Part shown: piece by piece, positions 14,090 to 26,240 of the stretch
Layout of the letters: each line of letters opens with the position of its first letter
Position numbering within the stretch: position 1 is the stretch's first letter
Origin: Octopus sinensis
Lineage: Eukaryota
Length of the DNA stretch: 64,000 nucleotides
Reading direction: 5' to 3'
Assembly (NCBI RefSeq): GCF_006345805.1
Contig: NC_043011.1
Span: 46,140,464 to 46,204,463, forward strand
Made by a program: the position numbers and the translations under genes
The notes under the pieces: generated by a model
Databases searched by the model: none
What the model was told of the DNA's origin: nothing
The model's input: the letters and a program-made list of their open reading frames with translations, nothing else

Positions 14090-14373
14090 ATTTGTGTGTG
14101 TGTGTGTCTTGCTCTCTACATGTGTGTGAGTGTGTATCACTTTCTTTCTCTCTCTCTCTCTCACACATACATTCTCTCTTTCTTACTGTTTCTCTCTCTC
14201 TCTCTTACAGTATATATATATCTCTCTCTCATAAGTCCTTATTACTGTCTCTCTCTCTCTCTCTCTCTCTATTACAGTATCTCTCTCTCTTATATGCTCC
14301 CTCTCTCACTTATACACACTCTCTTGCTCTCTCTCTCACTTACACACAATTTCTCTCTCTCTTATATATTCTT

Positions 14374-14410
<37 letters not shown>

Positions 14411-14500
14411 CACAGTCTCTCTCTCTTTTATATATTCTCTATCTCCCTATTATACCCTCTCTCTCTCTCTTACACACAATCTCTCTCTCTCTCTCTCTAG
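14090..14500. repeat. Degenerate (CT)n-rich satellite
   Basis: (CT)n blocks punctuated by TTACAC/TTATAT. Confidence 0.9.
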
Positions 14501-15021
14501 TTACCTTAGATTAAACTTGATCAGTAAATACATATTGAGTAAGATTAACATCTATCTCTCTATCTTTTACTAGTTCTCATTGTCTGTTATTTTTTATATT
14601 TGCTTAATCTGCCTACCTATCTATATTTTTTTTTCTTTTCCAGTAGTTTTAAAACTAATGAAAAAAAAACAAAAAAGAACAAAACATAGAAAGTAAACGG
14701 AAGAGGAATTAAAGAAGAAACAAAATAAACTAAATAAATATAACAAAAAAACCCCCACTTTGGAATTAAAAAAAAACAACCAGCATAAAATAACATTTCT
14801 ACAGAGGCATACATATTAGTAAAAAAAAAAAAATAATAACAATAACCTAACAACAAAAAAGTAAAATAACAGAACTGTGAGCTATTGTTTTTAGTTAACT
14901 CACACTTAGAAAACAAAATACCAAGATATGATATTCAGCAATCTTTCAATGAATCCATTGTAGCAATAAAAAATATAAAGCAAAGAATAAAATCTAAAAA
15001 AAAAAAATATATAAAAAAAAA

Positions 15022-15053
<32 letters not shown>

Positions 15054-15783
15054 TAATAATGATGATGATGATAATGATAAAAAGAAGTAAAATGATAATG
15101 GTTATGATGATAAAATGTAAAGAACAAAAAAAAAATTGAGATGATGCGAATATGGAAAACAAAAAACAGAGAAAATTATAGAAAGACATCATTGATATGA
15201 GTGAATGAATTTTATCAGTGATTTTAAAGAAAGTTCTTTTTTATCTTGTTTTTCCTTCATCAGTTATGGAATTATATAGCATTATATAGCTTATTAATTT
15301 AAAAAGGAAATCCCTCTCTCTTCTTGCTCTCTCTCTTTCTCTCTCCTCCTCCTTTTCATGCACTCATTCACACACTCTCCCACTCAGTTACTCTTTCTCC
15401 CTCTCTCTCTGTCGTTTCCCATTTCTCTCTCTCTCTTTCTCTCTCTCTTTCTTGCTTTCATTTTCTCACCCTAGATTAAAGTTGCCTTCTGTTTTAAGAA
15501 TATTGATCCACATTAACTGTGATATCTATGTGCACGTGTCTGTGAGTGTGTGTATGTTTGTGGATTGGCGGGTGTATGTTTGTGTGTGTTTATATGTATG
15601 CATATTTGTGAGTGTGTGTATGTATGTATGATCTGTTTGTGTATGTGTCTACAATACAACAGCTTTTATTGACATTTTCCTCATTAATAACAATAATGTT
15701 GATTACGATGATGATGATGATGATGATAATGATAATGATAGTAATGATCAAGAAGATGATGGTGTCAATGATGACCTTAGTAC

Positions 15784-15984
15784 TTGAGAGGTATCTATCA
15801 AATCGATGCCAGAAGGATGGTTGATAAACTTAATCCTGGTTACATTTGAACTTAACTTAAGGTATTTTCCCAGCACTTGATCAACCCTCCTAATCCACCG
15901 CTCCAATAATGTAGTTTCTTGTTTAGGAACAAGGTCAGAAACTTTGGTAAGTGAACAGTCAAGTATGTATACCATGGGGCACAC
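15784..15984 (-). CDS. Candidate exon (..ETTLLERWIRRVDQVLGKYLKLSSNVTRIKFINHPSGIDLIDTSQ)
   Basis: Non-repeat ORF with protein-like composition. Splice boundaries ambiguous. Confidence 0.2.
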
Positions 15985-16483
15985 CAGACTGGTGGTTATT
16001 TTATCAATAAGTAAGGATGAAAGACAAAGTCGACCTCAGCAGTATTTAACTCAGAATAAAGGGACATAACTAAATACTGTAAGTTTTTTTTTTTTTGTTT
16101 AATCCAACACACAAGCATATTTTTGTGGGTGAAAAACAGTCAGTTGTACCAACTCCATGGGGCAATGCTTTTCCTTACAGACTCACCAAATACAGAAACA
16201 AGGGGGAAAAAATCAAAAACGTCTTGGTACTGATTTTATTAACTCTGGAAAGGTAAATCAACTTTGGTGGGATTTGAACTCATAATGTAAAAGGTCATAA
16301 CTTAATATCTCAGGCTATTTTATCATGTATTATAATTGCACTATACACAGCCATATACCATGTACTATGCATCCATGTATCAATGTACTATGTATCCTTA
16401 TACTATGTATGCATATACTTATGCATCCAATAGTATACAAGTCAAACCTCCATTAATTTTATGAAAACTCCCTCTGACAACAT

Positions 16484-16900
16484 GTGTGCTTCACTCTTGA
16501 CCAATCTTTGAGACTTCCAGTTCATTGGATCCGTTATCTTTCATTTCCTTTGATCAGTAACTTCCCATCAGATTGCAGTATTACTACAAGTGTTGATTGG
16601 TCTCTTCCCGGTCATCATTTTATCAATTCCAGTGTGAACCAGAGTACAATTTTGTCCTTCCTTTCGTCCATCTATTCACTACTATATTTTCTGCCACATC
16701 CACCAATACCCACTCTTACACATGGCTCTTACCATCGTTCCTCCCTAATATGCTTCTATCATACATCATCCACTCCCAATCTGGACATCATATGCAAAAC
16801 TTGTTTCTTTCAGCAGCAACAAAACACCAGTGCTACTCATATCAAGAAAACATTATCGCACAACACCCCGCCCCTTAACCATAAACAGTACTTAAGCACA
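16484..16900 (+). mobile_element. Possible decayed Penelope-like RT/GIY-YIG linker fragment
   Basis: ORF has P-rich..SYHRSSL..CKTCFF, reminiscent of the PLE linker (P..YRR..NL..CKTC). Weak. Confidence 0.25.
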
Positions 16901-18252
16901 GCATTCTTATGTGCTACAAATGTTGGGTCTCAAAATCATTGTGGATCTCTCCAGATGAAACAACATCCTTAACATAACTAGGACCATGTACCAATAACTG
17001 GCCCTTCTCTTCAGGAAGAAGATACTTTGAGTTATTATATTTTCTCTATTAGTCAACTTGTCCATTAAATACTGTATATCAGAAATCGCTGTTATGAGTA
17101 AAATGTGTCCTAGAATACTCTGAGACTCTCTGTGTAACGAAAAGTGAAAGGAGGGGTGGGGAAGACAAGATAAAGCAAAAATCAATTACTTTTGGTAAAA
17201 GTAGAAACTTCAGTCTAAGAAATTCTGTTTAGCTTTTTGCATTAAATAAAACAATTTGAAAATATAAAGGCAGGGATGAAAAGATTATATCTCTAATGCT
17301 GAGAGTTAAACATAATGCTGTCTCTTTTTTTGAGCACCAGCATAGCTATGTGGTAGGAAGTCTGTTGGCACCTTGGACAAGTGTCTGCTACTAGAGCCTG
17401 AAGCAAACCAAAGCCATTTGAGTAGATTTGGTAGATGTAAACTGAAAGAAGCCTGTCATATGTGGGGGGGAGGGAGCTGTTTGCATCAATGTTTGTCCCC
17501 CACTACTGCTTGACAACAGGTACTGGTACATTTTTCATCCTTTCGGGGTCGATAAATTAAGTACCAGTTACGCACTGGGGTCGATATAATCGACTTAATA
17601 CCTATGTCTGTCCTTGTTTGTCCCCTCTGTGTTTAGCCCCTTGTGGGTAATAAAGAAATAGGTACTGGTACATTTAGGTCCCTGTAACTTAGCAGTTTGG
17701 CAAAAGATACTGATGGAATAAGTACCATGCTTTTAAAACAAAAAGAGAGTACTGGGTGGGGGTGGAGGTGGGGTGAGTCAATTCATTCGACTAAAATTGT
17801 TCAAGGCAGTGCCCCAGTATGGCCACAATCTAATGAATGGAACAAGTAAAAGATTAAAGATACCGGCCTATTTACGTCTGACAATATTCCTGTTCATGAA
17901 TGAATACGAGAGAAATGGTAAGCAAGATTGGCTTCACTCACTGCCCAGATTATTGGAAATGATCCAAAAATTCCTAATAATGCCATGAACTCATAAATTA
18001 TCTTCAACAATAAACATCAATCATACTAGTGTTACTAGCATCACGACTGTAAGCAAACTAAGCAACAGTATTTTACAACTTGCTGTTGTTGTAAACAAGA
18101 AAAGAAACAGGAATATTAGGGAAAGGTGCACTGTTTGACCTCACTAATCTAATTGGTTTCACGTAATGAAGCAAAGCTCAAAGCACTGCACACACACACG
18201 TGTGTGTGTGTTAAATTGTAATAAAAACGATTGTACATTAAACTGAAGGACT

Positions 18253-18652
18253 ACTCTTTTACTCTTTTACTTGTTTCAGTCATTTGACTGCGGCCATGCT
18301 GGAGCACCGCCTTTAGTCGAGCAAATCGACCCCGGGACTTATTCTTTGTAAGCCGAGCACTTATTCTATCGGTCTCTTTTGCCGAACCGCTAAGTGACGG
18401 GGACGTAAACACACCAGCATCGGTTGTCAAGCAATGCTAGGGGGACAAACACAGACACACAAACACACACATATATATACATATATACGACAGGGTTCTT
18501 TCAGTTTCCGTCTACGAAATCCACTCACAAGGCATTGGTCAGCCCGGGGCTATAGCAGAAGACACTTGCCCAAGATGCCACGCCGTAGGACTGAACCCGG
18601 AACCATGTGGTTGGTAAGCAAGCTACTTACCACACAGCTACTCCTGCGCCTA
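18253..18652 (-). mobile_element. Family A SINE, young copy
   Basis: Close to consensus with CpGs retained. Directly abuts the mariner TIR. Confidence 0.9.
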
Positions 18653-18668
18653 TATTTTTTGTGAAGTA

Positions 18669-19208
18669 TTAGGTTGTCTGGAAAGTTTGTGCCAATTTTT
18701 AAAGGAAAGAAAAAGGTCAATAAATACTTGCCATTACATTTTTAATCAACCAAATATGAACCATTTAGTTGCACAATCCGTCTCCATCTTTCCTTTAACT
18801 TGAAAAATACCCAGAATTGTGGTGGTTTCATGGCAAAGAATTCATCAAGGTATCTTTTTATGTCATCCAAGGAATTGAACTTTTTACCATTAAGATTATT
18901 CTGCAGAGATCTAAATAAGTGGAAATCCGAAGGAGCAATATCTGGGGAATATGGAGGGTGAGGTAACACATCCCAGCTGAGCTGCAGCAATTTTTATCTG
19001 GTTCACAAAGCATCAAGTGCCGAAAATGAACTTTCTTATCTTCCATTTTAAAGGGTTACAGAATTAACACAGGTTATAGGAAAAGATAGCTTAAACTGTG
19101 CTCTAAATGGAGGTGTAGTCAAATCCTATTTTATGGACACAACCATGTTCTAAAATAAGTTGAAATATAAGCTACTATAAATCGGCACGAACTTACCGGG
19201 CAACCCAA
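18669..19208 (-). mobile_element. Internally deleted mariner element (mellifera-like subfamily)
   Basis: Imperfect ~30-bp TIRs (TTAGGTTGTCTGGAAAGTTTGTGCCAATTT / AAATCGGCACGAACTTACCGGGCAACCCAA) with TA on both sides. Minus-strand ORFs give MEDKKVHFRHLML (N-terminus) and HPPYSPDIAPSDFHLFRSL (third catalytic Asp motif of mariner transposases). Confidence 0.93.
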
Positions 19209-19321
19209 TACATATTATTCTTTAACAAGAATAGTATTGACAGTGACTTTGAAGTTTTGACCAGCTAAGCCATCAAACTGTTTTTCTTAAAGAATCATCA
19301 GTATGTGTGTGTGTATATATA

Positions 19322-19580
19322 TATCATTGCTATTATGTTAAACTGTCGTATGTCCAAATTTTGCCAAATGTTTTTTTTTTTTCAATATTTATTTTTGCAT
19401 GCAATAGCTGGTTCTTTTGGTCAAACTATCGTACCACCAGCTGTTTCAGATATGCCAAGATATCAAAAATTGTCAAAGTGTAGTACAACAGTTTTGCTAT
19501 GGAATGGTGAAAGCATTCTTTTTTTAATTTTTTGTAAAACCATTTTGGACTTACGACACCTTTGCATAATAGCAATGATG
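19322..19580. mobile_element. TA-flanked MITE with ~40-bp imperfect TIRs
   Basis: ATCATTGCTATTATG (19323-19337) pairs with CATAATAGCAATGAT (19565-19579), extended by TGTCGTA.GTCCAAA on both arms. TA/(TA)n flanks. Confidence 0.75.
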
Positions 19581-19660
19581 TATATATTTATATATCATCA
19601 TAATCATTATTTAAAATCTATTTTCCATGCTGGCATGGATCATATATATATATATATATA

Positions 19661-19694
<34 letters not shown>

Positions 19695-19711
19695 GTTTGT
19701 GTGTGTGTCTA

Positions 19712-19782
<71 letters not shown>

Positions 19783-19794
19783 GTATATATATAT

Positions 19795-19843
<49 letters not shown>

Positions 19844-21266
19844 CCATAAATCAATAAATTTTTCACATCTGAATGCATCTTGATAATTCCTTAATTTGTT
19901 AAGAAGACTGTTGGGAGGATTAATAATAAGGTAAGCTTTATGAAGAACAAATCTGAATCATTTACATATTCATCTAATCATGGAAACGGTAAGACTGCAA
20001 ATTTAAATGCGTTACATTATGTAATTAAATAACTTTATATTCTGAGTTTAAGAATTACCAGGATTAAATTATGATTTTTCATTCCTGAGTAAGAGAGGTA
20101 AGCATCAGACCAGACATATTTCTTTCATAATACTTATTAGAAATTTCCTGTGCATTCTAGCAACACTATTTTCAAATATGTATTCTACCCACACTAAAAA
20201 CAATTTCAGAGTTTCAGATTCTTTTTTGTTTGGATAATTTGAGAAGTAATGGAAAAATTTGATGCAGACATGAAATATTAATAAATTCCCAAGAGAATGA
20301 TTCCTCCAGTCAGAAGAAAGTATCTTTCTTACTATTATTATTATTGGGAGCTTCTTTCATTGAATTCAAGAATGCTGATAAGCAAAGTTAGTTCTAAGAG
20401 AGCCTGGAAATCTTAATATAGTCCTTTAGCATTTAAACTGGCCATATTTGGCTAAATAAGGAGCTAAAGGAACAAAACCAAGCAGTCCATCTGATAGAGT
20501 ATGATACTCTAATATCTGGTTTATCTTGACCCTGTTTTAATAACAACAAATATCGAATACCTGCTCAGAGTTTTAATGAATGGGATAAATGATGTGTATA
20601 GAAAATGGCTTAAGTGTGTCAGAAAATACAGGAGGAAATGCTTTTCCTTATCAATACAGCATTTCTGATTAATTTGATTGATTGCTGCACAGAGATTCAT
20701 CAATATCAATAATGAATCTATTTATAAATCATAATTTTGCAACAATAACAACATTGTTAACATTGGTAGAAGGCCAAATTTCGTAGAGAATAGAAAAGAA
20801 GTCTCTGACAAAGGAAAGAAGAAAATTCAAAGAGTTCAGTATGGAGGACTTTTTACCTCAAATAAATACTATCACCACACTGCTGAAAGTAACTACAGAA
20901 AGTATGCCATTGTAGAAGGACAGAAGTAGTATACCTGGAATCCTTCTAAGACACAAACCTCTCTATGGATGGCATTTCTGATGCCGTCCATAAATATGAA
21001 TGAGAAAATATCGCAACCAATATAAATATGATGAATAAGAAAATATCGCAACCAATGGCTTCATTCTTTATATCTTGAAGCAGAAAAGGGAATATTCATT
21101 TGAAGACCAAATCTTATACAAATTTGGCCCTCTTCAGAATAGAATAAGCGGCCCAGAAGGGTTGGCCAATATATCTGCAAGTTCCCATGAAAAAATGTGA
21201 TATGAATATCACCTAGATCCAATTACTGTCAAGCGATGTTGTGGAGACAAACACAGACACACAAAC

Positions 21267-21302
<36 letters not shown>

Positions 21303-22529
21303 GACAGGCTTCTTTCAGTTTCTGTCTACCAAATCCACTCACAAGGTTTTGGTCGGCCCAAGGCTATAGTAGAAGACACTTGCCCAAGTTGTCATGCAGT
21401 GGGACTGAACCCGGAACCATGTGGTTGGTAAGCAAGCGACTTACCACACAGCCACTCCTATGCCTATAATTAATAATTACCTACTGGTAATTATTAATGA
21501 AAGGAAAATATTTCTACAAAGTTACCAATCAGATGTTCCATGAAGTAGAATCGTAGAATTGTGATTCCCTTAAGTTTCAATCTTTTGTGTCATTAAAAAC
21601 AGAAATTGTAGTTTACTCTTTTACTTGTTTCAGTCATTTGACTGCGGCCATGCTGGAGCACCACCTTTAGTCGAGCAAATCGACCCCAGGACTTATTCTT
21701 TGTAAGCCCAGTCTCTTTTGCCAAACCGCTAAGTGACGGGGACGTAAACACACCAGCATCGGTTGTCAAGCAATGCTAGGGGGACAAACACAGACACACA
21801 AACACACACACATACGTGATATATATATATACATATATACGACGGGCTTCTTTCAGTTTCCGTCTACCAAATCCACTCACAAGGCATTGGTCGGCCTGGG
21901 GCTATAGTAGAAGACACTTGCCCAAGATGCCACGCAGTGGGACTGAACCCAGAACCATGTGGTTGGTTAGCAAGCTACTTACCACACAGCCACTCCTGTG
22001 CCTTGTATAAGAAAAATGAAAGACTTCATATCTAACAAAAAAAAAAAAAAATCAATTTTCTGACTGCATTGGTTATTATACTAAATATGCAACTTCTAAT
22101 AGTGGATATTGTAAGGAAAGATGATCAGATTAAACTAATCAGCTTTAAGAAACTAAGCAGGAAAACAAAAAAAGTCAAATAGAACATGTTAAAATAAATA
22201 TTCACTTTCAAAGTATTTCTTTTTTAAGAGTACACTTGAAAACTTAAGAGTACACGGAAATGCTGCAGCGACCTGAGACTGCATTTCAGAATTACACATA
22301 TAAAGGCTAACAAGGATTTTGAACTACTGTACACATGTGTGTGCCCACAGTCTCATAGACTTTATGATAATCTGTGAAAGAATGTGTTCAAATTTCTACG
22401 CAGCCTAACAAACAAAATATTGTGTACCGGTGTGTTTCTACACAAACACACTGGTATCTTTCATATCAAAACACGGAGGGATAAGTATTTGACTTCAGAG
22501 ACAAATCGACATTGATTAGTAAATTGATG

Positions 22530-22676
22530 TACACACACACACACACACACACACATACACACACATGTTAGTGTTAAGAAAACAAGAGAAAACGTATTCA
22601 ATATCAAGACTAGAATATAGATTAACTCTCTAATGGTTGCTGGTGACCAAATGATATATAATATAAAACACACTTG

Positions 22677-22713
<37 letters not shown>

Positions 22714-22870
22714 ACACATGTTAGTGTTAAGAAAACAAGAGAAAACGTATTCAATATCAAGACTAGAATATAGATTAACTCTCTAATGGTTGCTGGTGAC
22801 CAAATGATATATAATATAAAACACACTTGCACGCACACACACACACACACACACACATACACACACACAC
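22530..22870. repeat. Tandem duplication, ~153-bp period, (CA)n-bounded
   Basis: CATGTTAGTGTTAAG...CACTTGCACG at 22564-22681 and 22717-22833. Confidence 0.93.
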
Positions 22871-23357
22871 AGAGTCTTCAATGGTACTTTATATAACAGT
22901 CCCATAGAAAGGGAAGTCCTGAGGACATAGAACAATGGTTTCAAATAGCTTAAATGGACAACTGAAAGAGAGCAAACACTTTCAAGAAAAGAAGAGATCA
23001 GAAAGAGAAACCAGGGCTATAGAAAATGTATAAAAGGAATCTTAAAAGTGTTTCTATTAATTTGATAAAAAGTTAGCACCAGCAGGGATTACAAAGTAGG
23101 GCCAGCATCTCAAGGAGACAACTCAAACTGCAGAACAATAAAATTGGAAGGGAAATACTGAAAAAGCTTTTTAAAGTGTTTTAACTTTGACTCTAGAACA
23201 CATAGAGATAAATCAACCAGATGTAGCTTTTGACACATAGGGAAGTGGCAACCATTACGTTGAATGATATAAAGAAGGAAAATGTAATATCAGTCATAGA
23301 TTAATTGAATTTAAACTTGGTCTCAGGCCTCAATGGGCACCCAAGTAGTTCTCTTAA

Positions 23358-23577
23358 CTCTTTAGCCTTCAGATTAGCCTGCCAAATATAATATTTTTTT
23401 AATCAAATTGTTTTGAATTAATCATGCATTATCTTGTATCTTAGTGGTTTAAATGATGTGATTGTTTATTTTGAGCATGTCAGCATAAGTTGGGTGTGAG
23501 AGGTTTGATATGGCCAGTTTGAATGTAAAACATGAAGAATATTTAGGCTGGATTTGACCAGTTTAAATGCTAAAGGG
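23358..23577. mobile_element. piggyBac-like TTAA MITE
   Basis: TTAA-CTCTTTAGC...GCTAAAGGG-TTAA. Confidence 0.75.
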
Positions 23578-23629
23578 TTAAAAACCTATCATCAGGCTTT
23601 AGCTAAACTACTTCAGGTACTTTTCTAAA

Positions 23630-24330
23630 GCTTCCTGGCAAGTGGGAAATACCCCTAAAAGTTGAGGGAAGGCATATTCATAAAGGAGGAAGCAAAAGAG
23701 CCTCTAAAAATTTACAAACCTATCTTTCTAATTTCAGATACCGGCAAAGTCATGGAATGAATTATCAAATGGAATCTGGTTATGTTCTAAGACAATAACT
23801 TGGTAACTGGTAACTTGGTAACTACAGCATCACAACTGGGAGATGAAACTGTTACTCAACCATTCAAATAAGGTTGTGGTATATCTTGATTTTTGCAATG
23901 GAATTAATCATAGAATGAGATCAAAAGATATGGCAGAAACGTTAGCATGCCGGGCGAAATGCGTAGCCATATTTCGTCTGTCGTTGCATTGTGAGTTCAA
24001 ATTCCGCCGAGGTTGACTTTGCCTTTCATCCTTTCGGGGTCGATAAATTAAGTACCAGTTACGCACTGGGGTCGATGTAATCGACTTAATACCTATGTCT
24101 GTCCTTGTTTGTCCCCTCTATGCTTAGCCCCTTGAGGGTAATAAAGAAATAGGTATCAGTATATTTGGAGAACTAGGAGAGCGGTTGCAGGACATTTTGA
24201 GGGGCAGAAGTCTGGCAGATGCAGCTCTTGATACTCTCTCTCTCTCTCTGAAATGAAACAAGATTGAGTGGAGTGCTTCAGGGAGCTATACTGGGAGCCC
24301 TTGCTTTTTGTAGTGGCCTTGTTGTGGTCA
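23630..24330 (+). mobile_element. Degenerate CR1/L2-like LINE reverse-transcriptase fragments, split by a Nin SINE
   Basis: YKPIFLISDTGKVME (cf. YRPISLTSxxGKVME) near 23710-23760 and SGVLQGAILG (cf. SGVPQGSVLG) near 24270-24300. Confidence 0.5.
23932..24152 (+). mobile_element. Family B SINE with Nin/Deu-like central domain; representative of ~20 copies
   Basis: GGCAGAAACGTTAGCATGCCGGGCGAAATG head and GCCGAGGTTGACTTTGCCTTTCATCCTTTCGGGGTCGATAAATTAAGTACCAG core (Nin-DC-like). Other copies near 335-545, 15990-16080, 17535-17665, 25036-25490 (x2), 25690-26240 (x3), 29545-29730, 33440-33665, 34763-34970, 37955-38090, 38571-38770, 38870-39000, 40717-41052, 45295-45770 (x2), 53740-53945, 63695-63925. 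Confidence 0.88.
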
Positions 24331-25035
24331 TGCACTCAGTTATATAGGCAGTCATTCTCACTAGCTGCCAGATACCTTTTATCTTTTGTTTCAGTCATTT
24401 GTCTGCAGCCATGCTGGGGCTCCACCTCCTAGTGCATCTCTTTAAAGCCTGGCTCTAATTCCTTTAGTCTATTTTGCCAAACCACTAAGTTACAGGGCCA
24501 TAAACACACGCATATACAATGGCATAAATACACACACATATACAATGGGCTTTTGCAGTTTCCATCTTCCAAATCGACTCACGAGAGAAGACACTTACCG
24601 AAGATGCCATGCTGTGGGACTGAACTCAGAACAACGTGGTTGGGAAGCAAACTTCTTACCTCACAGCCATGTCTATGGAAGATCCTTGAAGGGTTAACAC
24701 TAAATTTTAGTAATGAGAGTTATAACAATCAGTGAAATGGTTACCAATGTGTGGTTTCAAAGATCCCACCTGACTCATCAAAAGGCTTACAGTTCAAAGG
24801 CTCACTGCTTTTTAATATCTAACCAAAAAACTTGAGAAATGTAAATGGAGTGGATGTGAATGTATTAATAAAAATCAAAAGAGGTCTTGGATATTCTCCT
24901 GTTTGAAATCCCAGCTGAACCAATAGCATGACAAGAATTGCAAATGAAAGTAGTAGTATCAAACTACCTCATTCACCGAAAATCAATGACAGAAAGAGGA
25001 CTACAGTAACAGCAATATTAGCACAAGTAAGGGCA

Positions 25036-25490
25036 CCGAGCTGGCAGAAACGTTAGCATGCCAGGCGAAATGCGTAGTCGTATTTCGTCTACCGTTATGT
25101 TCAGAGTTCAAATTCCGCCGAGGTCGACTTTGCCTTTCATCCTTTCAGGGTCGATAAATTAAGTACCAGTTACGCATTGGGATCGATGTAATCGACTTAA
25201 TCCTTTCGTCTGTCCTTGTTTGTCCCCTCTATGTTTAGCCCCTTGTGGGCAATAAAGAAATAAGAATCGTTAGCACACTGGGCGAAATGCTTAGCAGTAT
25301 TTCATCTGCCGTTTTGTTCTGAGCTCAAATTCCACTGAGGTTGACTTTGCCTTTCATCCTTTCGGGGTCGATTAAATAGGTACCAGTTACACACTGAGGT
25401 CAATGTAATTGACTTAATCTCTTTGTCTGTCCTTGTTTGTCCCCTCTAAAATTTAATCCCTTCCACCCCTGTGGGCAATAAAGAAATAAA
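25036..25490 (+). mobile_element. Head-to-tail dimer of family B SINE
   Basis: Two consecutive units, each ending CCCTTGTGGGCAATAAAGAAATA or close to it. Confidence 0.85.
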
Positions 25491-25819
25491 TGTTAGTACA
25501 AGCATTATCCCTGCAGAACCACAACCTTCAGACTGTAATTTGTGAAAGAGTATACACCTACATACACATAACTGAACATAAACACACATATGAAAGAAAC
25601 TAGTACACACAAACAGATATAATTGTTTCCAAGAGGCCAGCAGTTTTGAGGGGTGACAAGAAGTTGGAATCATCAGTTTTATTATTTGACTGGTATTTTA
25701 TTGTAACAAACACAGACAAATGAAAGGCAAAGTCGTCCTTGATGGTATTTGAATTGAGAATTGCTAAAAGAAATACTACAAGATATTTTGTCTGACACTG
25801 ATTGATAATTTGGCAATTG

Positions 25820-26240
25820 TTATTTCTTTATTGCCCACAAGGGGCTAAACATAGAGGAGATTAAGTCAATTACATTGACCCCAGTGCATAACTGGTACTT
25901 TATTAATCGACCCCGAAAGAATGAAAGGCAAAGTCGACCTCGGCGGAATTTGAACTCAGAACGTAACGGCAGACGAAATACTGCTAAGCATTTCACCAGG
26001 AGTGCTAACATTTCTTATTTCTTTACTACCCACAAGAGGCTACACACAGAGGGGACAAATAAGGACAGACAAACAGATTAAGTCGATTACATCGACCCCA
26101 GTGTGTAACTGGTACTTATTTAATCGACCCTGAAAGGATGAAAGGCAAAGTCGACCTCGGCGGAATTTGAACTCAGAACGTAATGGCAGATGAAATATCG
26201 CTAAGCATTTTGCCCGGCATGCTAACGTTTCAGCCAGCTC
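25820..26240 (-). mobile_element. Head-to-tail dimer of family B SINE (minus strand)
   Basis: Two consecutive reverse-complement units. Confidence 0.85.
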
